Part shown: positions 45,909-55,152 of the stretch, one piece after another
How the letters are laid out: each line of letters starts with the position of its first letter
How positions within the stretch are numbered: the first letter of the stretch is position 1
DNA from: Spirochaetales bacterium
GTDB taxonomy: Bacteria; Spirochaetota; Spirochaetia; DSM-27196; SLST01
Assembly (NCBI GenBank): GCA_019038705.1
Contig: JAHOYX010000019.1
Coordinates: forward strand, 1-57,502
DNA length: 57,502 nt
Reading direction: 5' to 3'
Notes under the pieces: model-generated
The model's database searches: none
What the model was told of the DNA's origin: nothing
What the model saw: the letters and a program-made list of their open reading frames with translations, nothing else
Made by a program: the position numbers and the translations under genes

Positions 45909-46322
45909 ATGAGAGTAGCAGTCGTCTTTGTCTCGCAAGGCAAGCGTGGTAAGCTCCTTGAAATTTCCAAAGCGCTCGCTTCCGGGATTGAGGCTCATGG
46001 GCACACTGTTGAGTTGGTGGATGGAGCGCGTGACGTCAACGTGAAGCTCACCGTCTACCAATACATTGCCGTCGGTACGGAGATCACTTCGCCTTTTGGA
46101 GGGAAAATCCCGGACAAAGTCGGGGAGTTTCTCCAGAGTTCAGGGATGGTGGCTGGTAAGCGAGCATTCGCCTTCGTTCTCAAGCAGAGTTTTGGAGCGT
46201 CGAAAGGCCTGCAACGACTGATGAAGGCAATGGAGGGCGAAGGAATGTACCTGAAGTTCTCGGAGATCCTGTCTTCCTCGGCCGAAGCCACCGAAATCGG
46301 CAAACGTTTACGTATTCAGTAG
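45909..46322 (+). CDS. Hypothetical protein, flavodoxin-like fold suspected
   Basis: Contains MRVAVVFVSQGKRGK...YQYIAVGTE, an alternating beta/alpha pattern. It has a GGGAGG RBS. I saw no specific cofactor motif. Confidence 0.4.
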   Translation: MRVAVVFVSQGKRGKLLEISKALASGIEAHGHTVELVDGARDVNVKLTVYQYIAVGTEITSPFGGKIPDKVGEFLQSSGMVAGKRAFAFVLKQSFGASKGLQRLMKAMEGEGMYLKFSEILSSSAEATEIGKRLRIQ

Positions 46323-46332
46323 ATAGTTCAAA

Positions 46333-46362
46333 TTGACTTCAGCTCACTCTCGCGGCTATACT
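46333..46362 (+). promoter_or_regulatory. Putative promoter TTGACT-N18-TATACT
   Basis: TTGACT is at 46333..46338 and TATACT at 46357..46362, upstream of TTG start 46390. Confidence 0.4.
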
Positions 46363-46389
46363 GGGACTGCACCATCTGGTAGCTAAACA

Positions 46390-47187
46390 TTGAAAACGTA
46401 TTACGAAATACTGAGTGTCAACGCCACATCGACAGCGGACGCGATCAAGCGCGCATTCCGAAAACGCGCGAAAGAGATCCATCCGGACGTCAATCCGTTT
46501 CATGAGTCGAATCCGGAGGTCATGCAGAAACTCCTGCAGGCGTATGAGACTCTCATGGACCCGATTCGACGTGAAGATTACGATCGGCGCAACTTCATAT
46601 TTCAGCCCGAACTGAAATTTGACTATCGTGAGTTTCTGAAGAGCAGACCGAACGACGAGTCGATCCAGTCCCGGCTGGTGTTTTTCGATCTGCTTCATCA
46701 GCGGGAAGATGATGCCCTGGCGTTGTATGATCGCCTCGCGGCGCGCGATGGATTCAGTCTGGATCGCTATCTGGACCGGGAAGACTACATGGATTGCGCG
46801 TTCTTGCTCGCGGAGGAGTATGAGTTCCGTCTCCGATTTCGTCCGGCGTTCGAGCTTCTGCTGGACATCGTTGAACTCGAGCACGACGAGCCTTACTTCC
46901 GGCACTTCTTTGTGGACGTGACTGAGCGGATTCGGACGCTTGTCTGCTTCAAGATGCCGACGGAACTTCCTCCGAGGGAAGTGATCGAGCACCTCAATCG
47001 ACTTATCGTGCTTGAGCTGCCGACCAAAGATATCGCGTTCTATCTGAAGAAGGCTGCGGAACTCTACCTGGATATTGGGGATTCGGTAACGGCTGCGACA
47101 TATCTTCAGCGTGGACTGCAGCTTGACGAGAAGTTGGCCGGCACCAAGAAGCTCCGGGAGCGTCTTGCACCGTTCCAGGCTGTCTAA
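46390..47187 (+). CDS. J-domain (DnaJ-like) protein
   Basis: Contains YYEILSVNATSTADAIKRAFRKRAKEIHPDVNP (HPD motif). It lacks the Gly/Phe and zinc-finger regions of canonical DnaJ. Confidence 0.75.
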   Translation: MKTYYEILSVNATSTADAIKRAFRKRAKEIHPDVNPFHESNPEVMQKLLQAYETLMDPIRREDYDRRNFIFQPELKFDYREFLKSRPNDESIQSRLVFFDLLHQREDDALALYDRLAARDGFSLDRYLDREDYMDCAFLLAEEYEFRLRFRPAFELLLDIVELEHDEPYFRHFFVDVTERIRTLVCFKMPTELPPREVIEHLNRLIVLELPTKDIAFYLKKAAELYLDIGDSVTAATYLQRGLQLDEKLAGTKKLRERLAPFQAV

Positions 47188-47246
47188 CTGAACCGCTCGT
47201 GGTATCTTCTGAGACTGATGTGAGGGGAGTCAAACAAGGGTCAACC

Positions 47247-48290
47247 ATGAAACGAGCCGTCTTAACAGTGCTTTTTTCGCTTTCCGCTCTTGGGTTGTCG
47301 GCACAGATCCTGGACATGCCGGTCGCACTCGTCCGATTGACCGAGACGGTCAATATCGGCCGGCGCAATCTCGGTTCCCAGATTGACCTGTTTGCGGCTC
47401 AACTGGGACGTGAACTGACGACTCTGGAAAAGCGGCAGATTCTCGATGCGCTTGTGAACGATGAACTCCTTCTGCAAGCGGCCGCCAGGGCAAATGTGCG
47501 CGTCACGCAACAGGAAATTTCCAGTTACCTGGATCTTCAACGTCAGCAGTGGAGTCAGATGCTGGGCTCCGCCCTCACCGATGTTCAATTTCGCCAGCAG
47601 GTTGAGCGACAGACCGGTTCCACCTGGACTGAATACGTTGAGGATGTCACAAACGAGTTGATCAAGCTCAAGTACGTCCGGCAGGAGAAAGCCGGCTTGT
47701 TTGCGACGATGCTTGTCCCGTCGCAGATCGAGATCCAACAATTCTACGAGGAGCAGGCGACTTCGTTCACCAACCCGGCAATGGTGAGTTTCCGCCATAT
47801 CTATATTGACCTCCGAGGGAAATCAGACGCTCAGAGAGAGGCAGGTCGATCTCAGATCGCTGGTCTCCGGCGCGAGATCCGCGACGGCGCCGCAACCTTC
47901 GACGCGATAAGTCGCCGCTCTCTGGACGATCCCGGATTTTCGGCGGCTGATTTCGGCTATCTCCTGCGAAACGATGCCAGGAATCAGTCTCTGCTCGGAA
48001 GGACTTTCACGGACGGAGTTTTCGCGCTCGATATCAATGACGTGAGCGAGGTGCTTGAGTCCAATGTCGCACTGCACATCGTCCTGGTCACGGACAAGCG
48101 CCCTCCGCGGATTCTCGGGCTTGATGACCCCATTCTGCCTGGTCAGAACGTAACGGTGCGCCAACAGATAAGCGAGCTGCTCGCAGCGCAGAAGGAACAG
48201 GAAGCGCTCGGGGCAGCGGTGGACGAGCTCGTCGGAGAACTACGCCTGGAAGCGGAGATAACCATCTTCGACAACAATCTTCCCTGGTAA
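47247..48290 (+). CDS. Periplasmic peptidyl-prolyl isomerase, SurA/PrsA-like (parvulin domain)
   Basis: The signal peptide is MKRAVLTVLFSLSALGLSAQ. It has a SurA-N-like region and a PpiC-type segment VSFRHIYI...ALHIVLV. It is the internal ATG of ORF 47199..48290. Confidence 0.7.
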   Translation: MKRAVLTVLFSLSALGLSAQILDMPVALVRLTETVNIGRRNLGSQIDLFAAQLGRELTTLEKRQILDALVNDELLLQAAARANVRVTQQEISSYLDLQRQQWSQMLGSALTDVQFRQQVERQTGSTWTEYVEDVTNELIKLKYVRQEKAGLFATMLVPSQIEIQQFYEEQATSFTNPAMVSFRHIYIDLRGKSDAQREAGRSQIAGLRREIRDGAATFDAISRRSLDDPGFSAADFGYLLRNDARNQSLLGRTFTDGVFALDINDVSEVLESNVALHIVLVTDKRPPRILGLDDPILPGQNVTVRQQISELLAAQKEQEALGAAVDELVGELRLEAEITIFDNNLPW

Positions 48291-48297
48291 ATGAATT

Positions 48298-48708
48298 ATG
48301 GGATCGCGTCGAAAAGCCCGGATCATCGCCATGCAGTCACTCTACAGCTGGGATGTGAATAAGCTCAATCATGAACAATTGCTGGAGTTTGAATGGGTGG
48401 ATCGTCGAGACGGCCGCGAAGAGACCTTTGCCTTCGCGCGTCTCATCATCGCGGGAGCCCTGGAGCACATTGACGAAGTAGACGCTGCGATTGGGAACCA
48501 CCTGGAGCACTGGGACATCACACGCCTGTCCAGGGTTGATCTTGCTATCCTGCGGATGGCTGCATATTCACTGCTGTTTCAGACGGACGTGCCTGCATCG
48601 GTGACAATTGACGAGGCTATCGCGATTGCGAAAGAATACGGGACCGATGCTTCGTACAAGTTTGTGAACGGTGTCCTGGATGCCATCCGTCGAGATTCCG
48701 TGAAATGA
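48298..48708 (+). CDS. nusB: Transcription antitermination factor NusB
   Basis: Contains RRKARIIAMQSLYSWD...IDEAIAIAKEYG....FVNGVLD. Confidence 0.9.
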   Translation: MGSRRKARIIAMQSLYSWDVNKLNHEQLLEFEWVDRRDGREETFAFARLIIAGALEHIDEVDAAIGNHLEHWDITRLSRVDLAILRMAAYSLLFQTDVPASVTIDEAIAIAKEYGTDASYKFVNGVLDAIRRDSVK

Positions 48709-50324
48709 ACCGCCGCCACCGGCACCTGTTGATCCTTTGTATTTCGATTATCGCGTTCGCCGGCATGGTCACCCTTGTCTCCCTCGGCGTCATCTCCCGG
48801 CGCCGCAATCGTGATCTGACTTTCGGGCTCGAACGCGTTGATGTCCTCATCGCGGAGGGCCGCCTGGCCGAGGCTACCGCAATGGTTCCATGGCTTGCCG
48901 ACAGAGCGGACGAGGCGTCCGAGATGTTATCGGTGCTGAAACGCGGCGTGACAGTGCTCGATGCGGGTGCCGGGCCCGAAGCTCTGGATGAGGCGGCGCA
49001 ACGGGCGGTCGGAACGTTCCCCGGGAACGCCACATTCCGGTCCTTAGCGGTGTACGCTGCCGTCATGACCAGCGACATGGACCGAGCGCTGGAATGGAGC
49101 CGCGCCTATCTCATCGATGACGACCCCGAGATGTTCGCATGGGTCCTCCTCAAGAGCGATGCTGAGGTGCCGGAGCGCTCTGAATCATCTGCCGATGATA
49201 CGCTCTATGAGTCGTTCTTTCTGGCCGGACTGGACAACCAGGCGCGAGCAGAGGACTTCGAGCGCGCCTGGCGTCTGACGGGCGACTGGCGCTATGCCTC
49301 CAATGCGGCAATCCTGTTCCTGCAGGACGGAGCTGTTGCGCCTGCGCTCGATCTGGTCGTTGGTGCGTCTCTTCCGTTGCGGGCGCCCGTGCTCGCGGCG
49401 GACGTACTTCAGGATGCCGGAGACGCGCAAGGTGCGCTCAATGCTCTCCGCAATGCAGGTACCAACGACGAATCACGCGCCCTTCCCCGTACGGCCGACG
49501 CTCTGATGTCCATAGGCCGCTATGATGAGGCTGAACGCGTTTATCTGGACCTCATCCGGCGGATGCCCGGTTTGTCGGACGTGCCACTTCTCAACCTTGC
49601 ATGGCTTGGGACCTCCCCGCAGGAATCTGCGGGGTACTATGATGCGGCCGTTGCCGGATTTCCGGAATCGTGGCGCGCCGTTGAACAACGTGCCCTTCAC
49701 CTTGCACTATCGGACCTGGAAACCGCATACGCCTCACTTGGTGAGTACACGGGGCCGCACGCCGGCAGCCGTGAGTCGCTGCTCAGATTGAAATTGGAAC
49801 CATTCATGGACCCTCGTGGCTACGAGGCGGCGGTGTGGACCCTCGTGGCAGAGCCGGACAGTCCGGAGGATGCGCTCCGGTTTGCGGCCTGGTATTTCGA
49901 CGGCCGGGGACAGCATGACGCGCTTCTGGAGTTCCTCGAACGCGTTGACCTCAGGTCGGCCTGGGCTGAAACCTACACTGGTATCTCCCTTGCGCGCGCA
50001 GGCCAATGGTCCGACGCGGTTGACTCGTTCAGGGCCGCGTATTCTGCGGGTCCCTCCTGGATGACCGCTCTGAATCTTGCGCTGTGCCACTTCGCCGCAG
50101 GGAATCCGCGGGAAGGCACAGAGGCTTTGGACAACGCAGTGCAATATGCGCGGCAGTCGGGCCTGCCGCCGGAAAGTGCGTCGGTCTTCGTGACAATCTC
50201 ACGTATCACGACGGACAGATTGGCTGCGTACGAGGCAATCACCACCGCACTGGAATTGGACCCCACCAATACCCAGGCGTTGTTCATTCGGGATCGGCTT
50301 GAATCCGGATCAGGTTACCAGTAG
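48705..50324 (+). CDS. Membrane-anchored helical-repeat (TPR-like) protein
   Basis: Has one N-terminal TM segment (LLILCISIIAFAGMVTLVSLGVI) followed by an Ala/Leu-rich repeat region. ATGA overlap with nusB. Confidence 0.5.
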   Translation: MNRRHRHLLILCISIIAFAGMVTLVSLGVISRRRNRDLTFGLERVDVLIAEGRLAEATAMVPWLADRADEASEMLSVLKRGVTVLDAGAGPEALDEAAQRAVGTFPGNATFRSLAVYAAVMTSDMDRALEWSRAYLIDDDPEMFAWVLLKSDAEVPERSESSADDTLYESFFLAGLDNQARAEDFERAWRLTGDWRYASNAAILFLQDGAVAPALDLVVGASLPLRAPVLAADVLQDAGDAQGALNALRNAGTNDESRALPRTADALMSIGRYDEAERVYLDLIRRMPGLSDVPLLNLAWLGTSPQESAGYYDAAVAGFPESWRAVEQRALHLALSDLETAYASLGEYTGPHAGSRESLLRLKLEPFMDPRGYEAAVWTLVAEPDSPEDALRFAAWYFDGRGQHDALLEFLERVDLRSAWAETYTGISLARAGQWSDAVDSFRAAYSAGPSWMTALNLALCHFAAGNPREGTEALDNAVQYARQSGLPPESASVFVTISRITTDRLAAYEAITTALELDPTNTQALFIRDRLESGSGYQ

Positions 50325-50345
50325 CTTCTGGCCACAGAGAAAGCA

Positions 50346-51110
50346 GTGAAGCTCAAGAGTCCCAAACAGATAGAGTCTATTCGCGAATCCGGAGCAATTC
50401 TCGCCCGAACATTGGAGCAACTGAGGCTCCTGGTTGAACCGGGGATCGCGCTCCTGGACATTGATGCGGAGTGCCGCCGGATCCTTGGCGACTATGGTGC
50501 TCGTCCGGCCTTTCTCGGCTACATGGACTTCCCTGCTTCAATCTGTACATCTGTAAACGAGGCGGTGATCCACGGTATTCCGGACAAGCGAAAGCTGCGG
50601 GATGGAGACGTGGTGGGCCTGGACTGCGGTGTGGAATTTCAGGGGTTCATCAGCGATGCCGCGATCACGGTACCAGTGGGGACCATTCGGCCGGAAGTCA
50701 GGCAACTGTTGCAGGTCACTCTGGAGGCTCTCGAGTTGGGGATTGCCGCGGCACATCCCGGCGGGCGTGTCCACGACATCTCTCGTGCAATCTATCGGCA
50801 CGTCAATCAGCACAACTACGGCGTCGTTCGCCCGTACTGCGGACACGGTGTTGGATTTGCGGTTCACGAGGAACCTCAGGTTCCCAACTATGTTTCGTCG
50901 GGACCAAATCCACGGCTGAAGCCGGGAATGGTGCTTGCGGTGGAACCGATGATCAATCTGGGCGGAGACGATGTTGACGTTCTCAGTGATGACTGGACGG
51001 TCGTCACGACCGACAGATCCATCTCCGCCCACTTCGAACACACAATCGCAATTCGCGAGGGCGGCGTGGACGTGCTTACACGCCTGCCGGAAGCGGTGGA
51101 GGTATCATGA
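50346..51110 (+). CDS. map: Type I methionine aminopeptidase
   Basis: Has VVGLDCG, CGHGVG, EPMI and FEHT metal-ligand motifs. Confidence 0.93.
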   Translation: MKLKSPKQIESIRESGAILARTLEQLRLLVEPGIALLDIDAECRRILGDYGARPAFLGYMDFPASICTSVNEAVIHGIPDKRKLRDGDVVGLDCGVEFQGFISDAAITVPVGTIRPEVRQLLQVTLEALELGIAAAHPGGRVHDISRAIYRHVNQHNYGVVRPYCGHGVGFAVHEEPQVPNYVSSGPNPRLKPGMVLAVEPMINLGGDDVDVLSDDWTVVTTDRSISAHFEHTIAIREGGVDVLTRLPEAVEVS

Positions 51111-52585
51111 AAGTCCGCTGGTCGCTTCCGACCATTGTCAGCTTGTCGTTATCATCCCTCTCAATGGTCGGCGTACTCGTGCTGGCACTGGTTTCGTGTA
51201 CGACAACCGTACCGATGGAGCCCTCCGCCCTGCAGCCGGCGCCTGTGCCTGCCACGGACGGGATTGCTGGGCTCCGTGAACTTCAGTCGTCATTCCATGC
51301 CTTGAGCGACTCGGTAGCCCCGAGCGTTGTTCGAATTGATGTACGCGAGCAGATCACCCAGGACGGTCCCCGGGAAGGCCTGCCGTTCTTCGATTTCTTC
51401 TTCGGGAAACCGGATGATTCCGAGCCGGAGGATCGCGGATTTGAACGGGGCGGGGTTGGCTCCGGTGTGATTGTGAGCTCGGACCGGCGCCTATACTACG
51501 TGCTGACCAATGATCACGTTGTCGGGGAGGCCGACGTGATCACTGTCGTGCTGAACGATGGCACCGAACTCGATGGCGAACTGGTTGGACGCGATTCTCG
51601 CAAAGACCTTGCTATGATCAGTTTTCACTCGGATCGGGATCTGCCTGTCGCGCGACTGGGGGATTCTGATTCGCTGCGCGTTGGCGACTGGGTTGTAGCA
51701 ATCGGGAGCCCGTTTGGATATCAGAACACAATCACCGCGGGGATCGTGAGTGCGCTTGGAAGGCGCGGAGGCCCGGACGGCAATATCAGCGACTTCATCC
51801 AGACGGACGCTTCAATCAACCAGGGCAATTCCGGTGGCGCTCTGGTCAATCTCGATGGTGAAGTCATCGGAATCAACACCTGGATTACGAGTGACAGCGG
51901 CGGAAGCATCGGGTTGGGTTTCGCCGTACCCATCAACAACGTGGTCAGGTCGATTTCGGAGTTCCTTGACGACGGAGAAGTCGAGTACGGGTGGCTCGGA
52001 GTGTCCATTCAGACTGTGGATGCCGATCAGGTCGAGGACCTGCAGCTGCCCGGCCGATCCGGAGCGCTCGTCAACAGTGTCTTTGGTGACTCCCCGGCCG
52101 ATGAGAACGGACTTCTCGCCGGTGATTTCATAAACCGAATCGGTGACACGGCGATCTGGGATTCCGACCATCTGGTGTTGGTTGTCGGCGAGATGCCGGT
52201 GGGCGAGTCCGTGGAGTTCTCCGTCTTCCGGCAGGGGGAGGAACTTACCGTTCGGGTGACTCTCGCCGCGCGGCAGACCGATGCAACCATCAGACAGTTG
52301 AATCGACGCCTGTGGCCCGGCATGTCGGTCTATCCTCTCACTGCCGATATCATTGAAGAGGTCGGACTGGACGCGGGCAACGGAGTGATCGTTTCCCTGG
52401 TGGATCAGGGCACCGCTACGGATATCGGCGGGCTCCGATCATTCGACATCATAACTTCAATCAATGGCGTGGCCGTGAATGATCTGCTATCATTTTATAC
52501 GATCATTGCCGACCCCGACCTCAAGGAATGGCAATTTGCCGGGGTGAGAGACGGGGAAGAGTTTGAAGTTACGGTGGTACGTTGA
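51107..52585 (+). CDS. htrA: HtrA/DegP-family serine protease with two PDZ-like regions
   Basis: Has TNDHVV, DLAM and GNSGGALVN, the catalytic triad context. It has a signal peptide and an ATGA overlap with map. Confidence 0.9.
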   Translation: MKVRWSLPTIVSLSLSSLSMVGVLVLALVSCTTTVPMEPSALQPAPVPATDGIAGLRELQSSFHALSDSVAPSVVRIDVREQITQDGPREGLPFFDFFFGKPDDSEPEDRGFERGGVGSGVIVSSDRRLYYVLTNDHVVGEADVITVVLNDGTELDGELVGRDSRKDLAMISFHSDRDLPVARLGDSDSLRVGDWVVAIGSPFGYQNTITAGIVSALGRRGGPDGNISDFIQTDASINQGNSGGALVNLDGEVIGINTWITSDSGGSIGLGFAVPINNVVRSISEFLDDGEVEYGWLGVSIQTVDADQVEDLQLPGRSGALVNSVFGDSPADENGLLAGDFINRIGDTAIWDSDHLVLVVGEMPVGESVEFSVFRQGEELTVRVTLAARQTDATIRQLNRRLWPGMSVYPLTADIIEEVGLDAGNGVIVSLVDQGTATDIGGLRSFDIITSINGVAVNDLLSFYTIIADPDLKEWQFAGVRDGEEFEVTVVR

Positions 52586-53199
52586 TGGCCAAAGAGTTTC
52601 TCTGTCAGCAGACGGTTCGGGACAATTCCCTCAAACTGGCGCGTAAGATTCGTGCGGACGGATTCATCCCCGACGTGATCTATGTCAGCCTGCGCGGCGG
52701 GGCTTATGTCGGCAATGTCATCAGCGAGTACTTCAAGCTGATCCGTCGCGGACAACGCCCGGTTTTCTACGCAGCGGTGGTTGCGCGCTCCTATACGGAC
52801 ACCCACACCCGGGAGCGCGTCATGGTTGACGGATGGACTTACAGTCCAGAGTTCCTGCGCAGCGGTGACCGGGTGCTGTTGATTGACGACATCTTCGATT
52901 CGGGCCGCACGATCAATCATCTGGTGGAGATCTTTCTGGAGAAAGGGATACCGCGCTCCGACATAAAGGTGGCGGTGCACGATTACAAGATCCGGACCTT
53001 TGTCCCTGAGCGACTTCCCATACAACCCGACTACTGGTGCCGTCGCCACACGGTGGATGCGCCTGAAGGAGACACCTGGATCCACTACCTCAGTCATGAG
53101 TTGGTGGGACTTACCCAGGATGAAATCCAGGAACACTATTCAGACGACGCTGAAGTCCGTGCGGCAATCGGTGAGGTTGCGCAGATCCAGAAAGAGTAG
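52585..53199 (+). CDS. Type I phosphoribosyltransferase (purine PRT-like)
   Basis: Has the VLLIDDIFDSGRT PRPP-binding motif. ATG 52585 shares 1 nt with the htrA TGA. Confidence 0.7.
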   Translation: MAKEFLCQQTVRDNSLKLARKIRADGFIPDVIYVSLRGGAYVGNVISEYFKLIRRGQRPVFYAAVVARSYTDTHTRERVMVDGWTYSPEFLRSGDRVLLIDDIFDSGRTINHLVEIFLEKGIPRSDIKVAVHDYKIRTFVPERLPIQPDYWCRRHTVDAPEGDTWIHYLSHELVGLTQDEIQEHYSDDAEVRAAIGEVAQIQKE

Positions 53200-53215
53200 C
53201 TCCTCCTCCGAGTTT

Positions 53216-54415
53216 CTACTCGCGTATCCACTGAGGTGGATCCCCACCATACAGAACCTTCCACAAGCCCAGATTGGACGTTCCGGCAAAGAGGAAGTCT
53301 CCGGTGGCGCCCTCGTCCACGTAGAAGGTGAGAATTGTGGCCTGAGCCAGCTCGCTTGCCTGATAGTTGGACACTTCCGCCGCCGGAGTCGTCGGGCTGA
53401 AATCAAGAGCGTCCAGCTCCCTGTATCCGTGTCCCTCTGTACCAACCACGAGCAGGTCCGTGCCCCCGTTGTCAACGGCGACCAGATCGGCAAACTGCAG
53501 GGGACTCTCGTCACTGGTGCTCACCAGATGCGCGGCCGTGTTTGCCGACCATGTAGCGCCAAAATTGGCACCCTGATAGAGGTACCCTTCGTTGTCGGTG
53601 ACCCAGAGCGTACCGGTGGCCGGATGCAGGTAGATGCCCCCGAAAACGGGCTGACGGTCAACGATGCCGAGAGTCGCCGCCACATCGGTTATGGTGGTCG
53701 GATCAGGGGCAAAGTCCAGCCCGTCGCTGTCAATGAGAACAGCCTTCTCAGTCAAAAACCCAATCGCGCCGGCTGCATTTTCTGCCACGTCAATCACGGG
53801 CAGGTTGCGCTCGGTTCCGGCTACTTCAGCAAATGTCCCCGCATCACCGGTCGTGCTTGCGTACACGCTGTACCGGGAGGTGACATCCGATTTCTTGACA
53901 GCAACCAGGAGATACGTATCAGTTCCGTCGTTGGCGACAAACACCTTCCCGACACCGGCCACTCCGTCAACGTCCGTCCCGAAAACGGGGTCCGTCGCCA
54001 CCTGGACTGCGTCCGCGGCCGGGTCCACCGTGTAGACACCGCCCTCGGTCCCGTCCTGAGACGAGTACGCGGCATAGATCAGTTCAGTCCCGGATCCGTC
54101 GAAGGTCACAAGCGAGCTGGTCGTGAAGTTGGACGCCCCCGGTGGTGTTATGGATGCCCACTGAGTGAGCAGTCCTTCCGCATCCATCTCATCAACGTCC
54201 CGGGTCCAAAGGGTGGCAGCTGCGATGAAGTAGTAGCCGCCGGATTCAGTCATCCCTCCGACGAGCAGTTCGTTGTCCAGGTCGCGATCGTCAATGATCT
54301 TCTGTTCCAGTTCGATACTCTCAAACAGACCGATGGGACTCTGTGTACAGCTCGCGAGGAACCCGACAAGAACGACAAGGGCCATGCCCGCAACGGCTGA
54401 TATGTATCGTCGCAT
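53216..54415 (-). CDS. Hypothetical lipoprotein, repeat-rich (beta-propeller-like)
   Basis: Starts MRRYISAVAGMALVVLVGFLASC, with a lipobox. The body is Asp/Gly/Thr-rich and repetitive. Confidence 0.55.
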   Translation of the reverse strand: MRRYISAVAGMALVVLVGFLASCTQSPIGLFESIELEQKIIDDRDLDNELLVGGMTESGGYYFIAAATLWTRDVDEMDAEGLLTQWASITPPGASNFTTSSLVTFDGSGTELIYAAYSSQDGTEGGVYTVDPAADAVQVATDPVFGTDVDGVAGVGKVFVANDGTDTYLLVAVKKSDVTSRYSVYASTTGDAGTFAEVAGTERNLPVIDVAENAAGAIGFLTEKAVLIDSDGLDFAPDPTTITDVAATLGIVDRQPVFGGIYLHPATGTLWVTDNEGYLYQGANFGATWSANTAAHLVSTSDESPLQFADLVAVDNGGTDLLVVGTEGHGYRELDALDFSPTTPAAEVSNYQASELAQATILTFYVDEGATGDFLFAGTSNLGLWKVLYGGDPPQWIRE

Positions 54416-54424
54416 TACTTGCTC

Positions 54425-55030
54425 CTAGAAGTGGTAGAGCGCACTCAGGGTGAACTCGAGAAAATTGCCGTAGCGCGTTGCGTCGGCGCCGGCGGGGCTC
54501 GTGGCCAGATAGATCTGCGGAACAAACCAGTAGAAGAGATTGCCGCCGAATGCCCACTGGGAACTGTAGTTCCAGAGGAACGATCCACCGGCTTTGACAA
54601 AAGGGTCAATCTTCTGGATGTCTGAAAGCCGACTGAAGTTCATCCCGGCGGCGAGGGTAACGGGAATCTCGAACGGATAAAGATTGAAGATGTAGCTTCC
54701 CCGGACCGCAATCGGAAGCATGAACAGAGTTCGAAAATTCGGCGTGAAGGAGAAACTTCCACCAACCTCAACGCCAATGGTAATAGTGCTGGAGAGATAA
54801 CTTTCCCACACCAGCGATCCCGCGCCGCCCAGAGTGAGATTTGCCGGGGCCGGTCCGTCCGGTCCGCCAAAGAAGAACAGTGGGAAGAACGTGCCCAAAT
54901 TGATGCGGAGCGTTTGATCGCCAAGCGAATAGACGGGCACGAAAAGTTCTCCGTTGCCATCATCGTCCTGGGCAAACGCGGGAACGAGGAGAATCGTTAT
55001 CAGAGTTATCAACAGAAATGCTTTTCTCAT
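54425..55030 (-). CDS. Small outer-membrane beta-barrel protein (putative)
   Basis: The signal peptide is MRKAFLLITLITILLVPAFAQ. It has alternating hydrophobic beta-strand patterns and a C-terminal ...LSALYHF ending in Phe. Confidence 0.55.
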   Translation of the reverse strand: MRKAFLLITLITILLVPAFAQDDDGNGELFVPVYSLGDQTLRINLGTFFPLFFFGGPDGPAPANLTLGGAGSLVWESYLSSTITIGVEVGGSFSFTPNFRTLFMLPIAVRGSYIFNLYPFEIPVTLAAGMNFSRLSDIQKIDPFVKAGGSFLWNYSSQWAFGGNLFYWFVPQIYLATSPAGADATRYGNFLEFTLSALYHF

Positions 55031-55152
55031 TGGCCCGCCCTATGGTTCATTTGTGGTGTTGAAGAAGGTATCACGGTGGGTACCGATGTTTCAATCGCGA
55101 CTGGTTGCAGGTTGGTGCTCATCTGTGATACACAAGGCCGAGGTCAATAAAG

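Noticed and set aside
53194-53221. Inverted repeat GAGTAG...CTACTC that includes both convergent stop codons, as a possible bidirectional terminator
   Set aside because: It has only a 6-bp stem, a 16-nt loop and no flanking U-tract, so it is too weak to call a terminator.
53000-54400. 466-aa plus-strand ORF opposite the 399-aa lipoprotein gene
   Set aside because: It begins inside the phosphoribosyltransferase gene in another frame, is Arg-rich, and lacks a signal or any motif. The minus-strand ORF has a canonical lipoprotein signal peptide and lipobox, so I kept that one.
55031-55152. Possible ZTP (pfl) or THF riboswitch in the 122-nt region upstream of folD/purH
   Set aside because: I could not find the conserved pfl elements (a GGGTCGTGAC-like 5' part and a CCGCCTGGGC 3' pseudoknot strand) or a convincing fold. 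I treat the region as a plain divergent promoter region. A covariance-model scan (Rfam RF01750, RF01831) would settle it.
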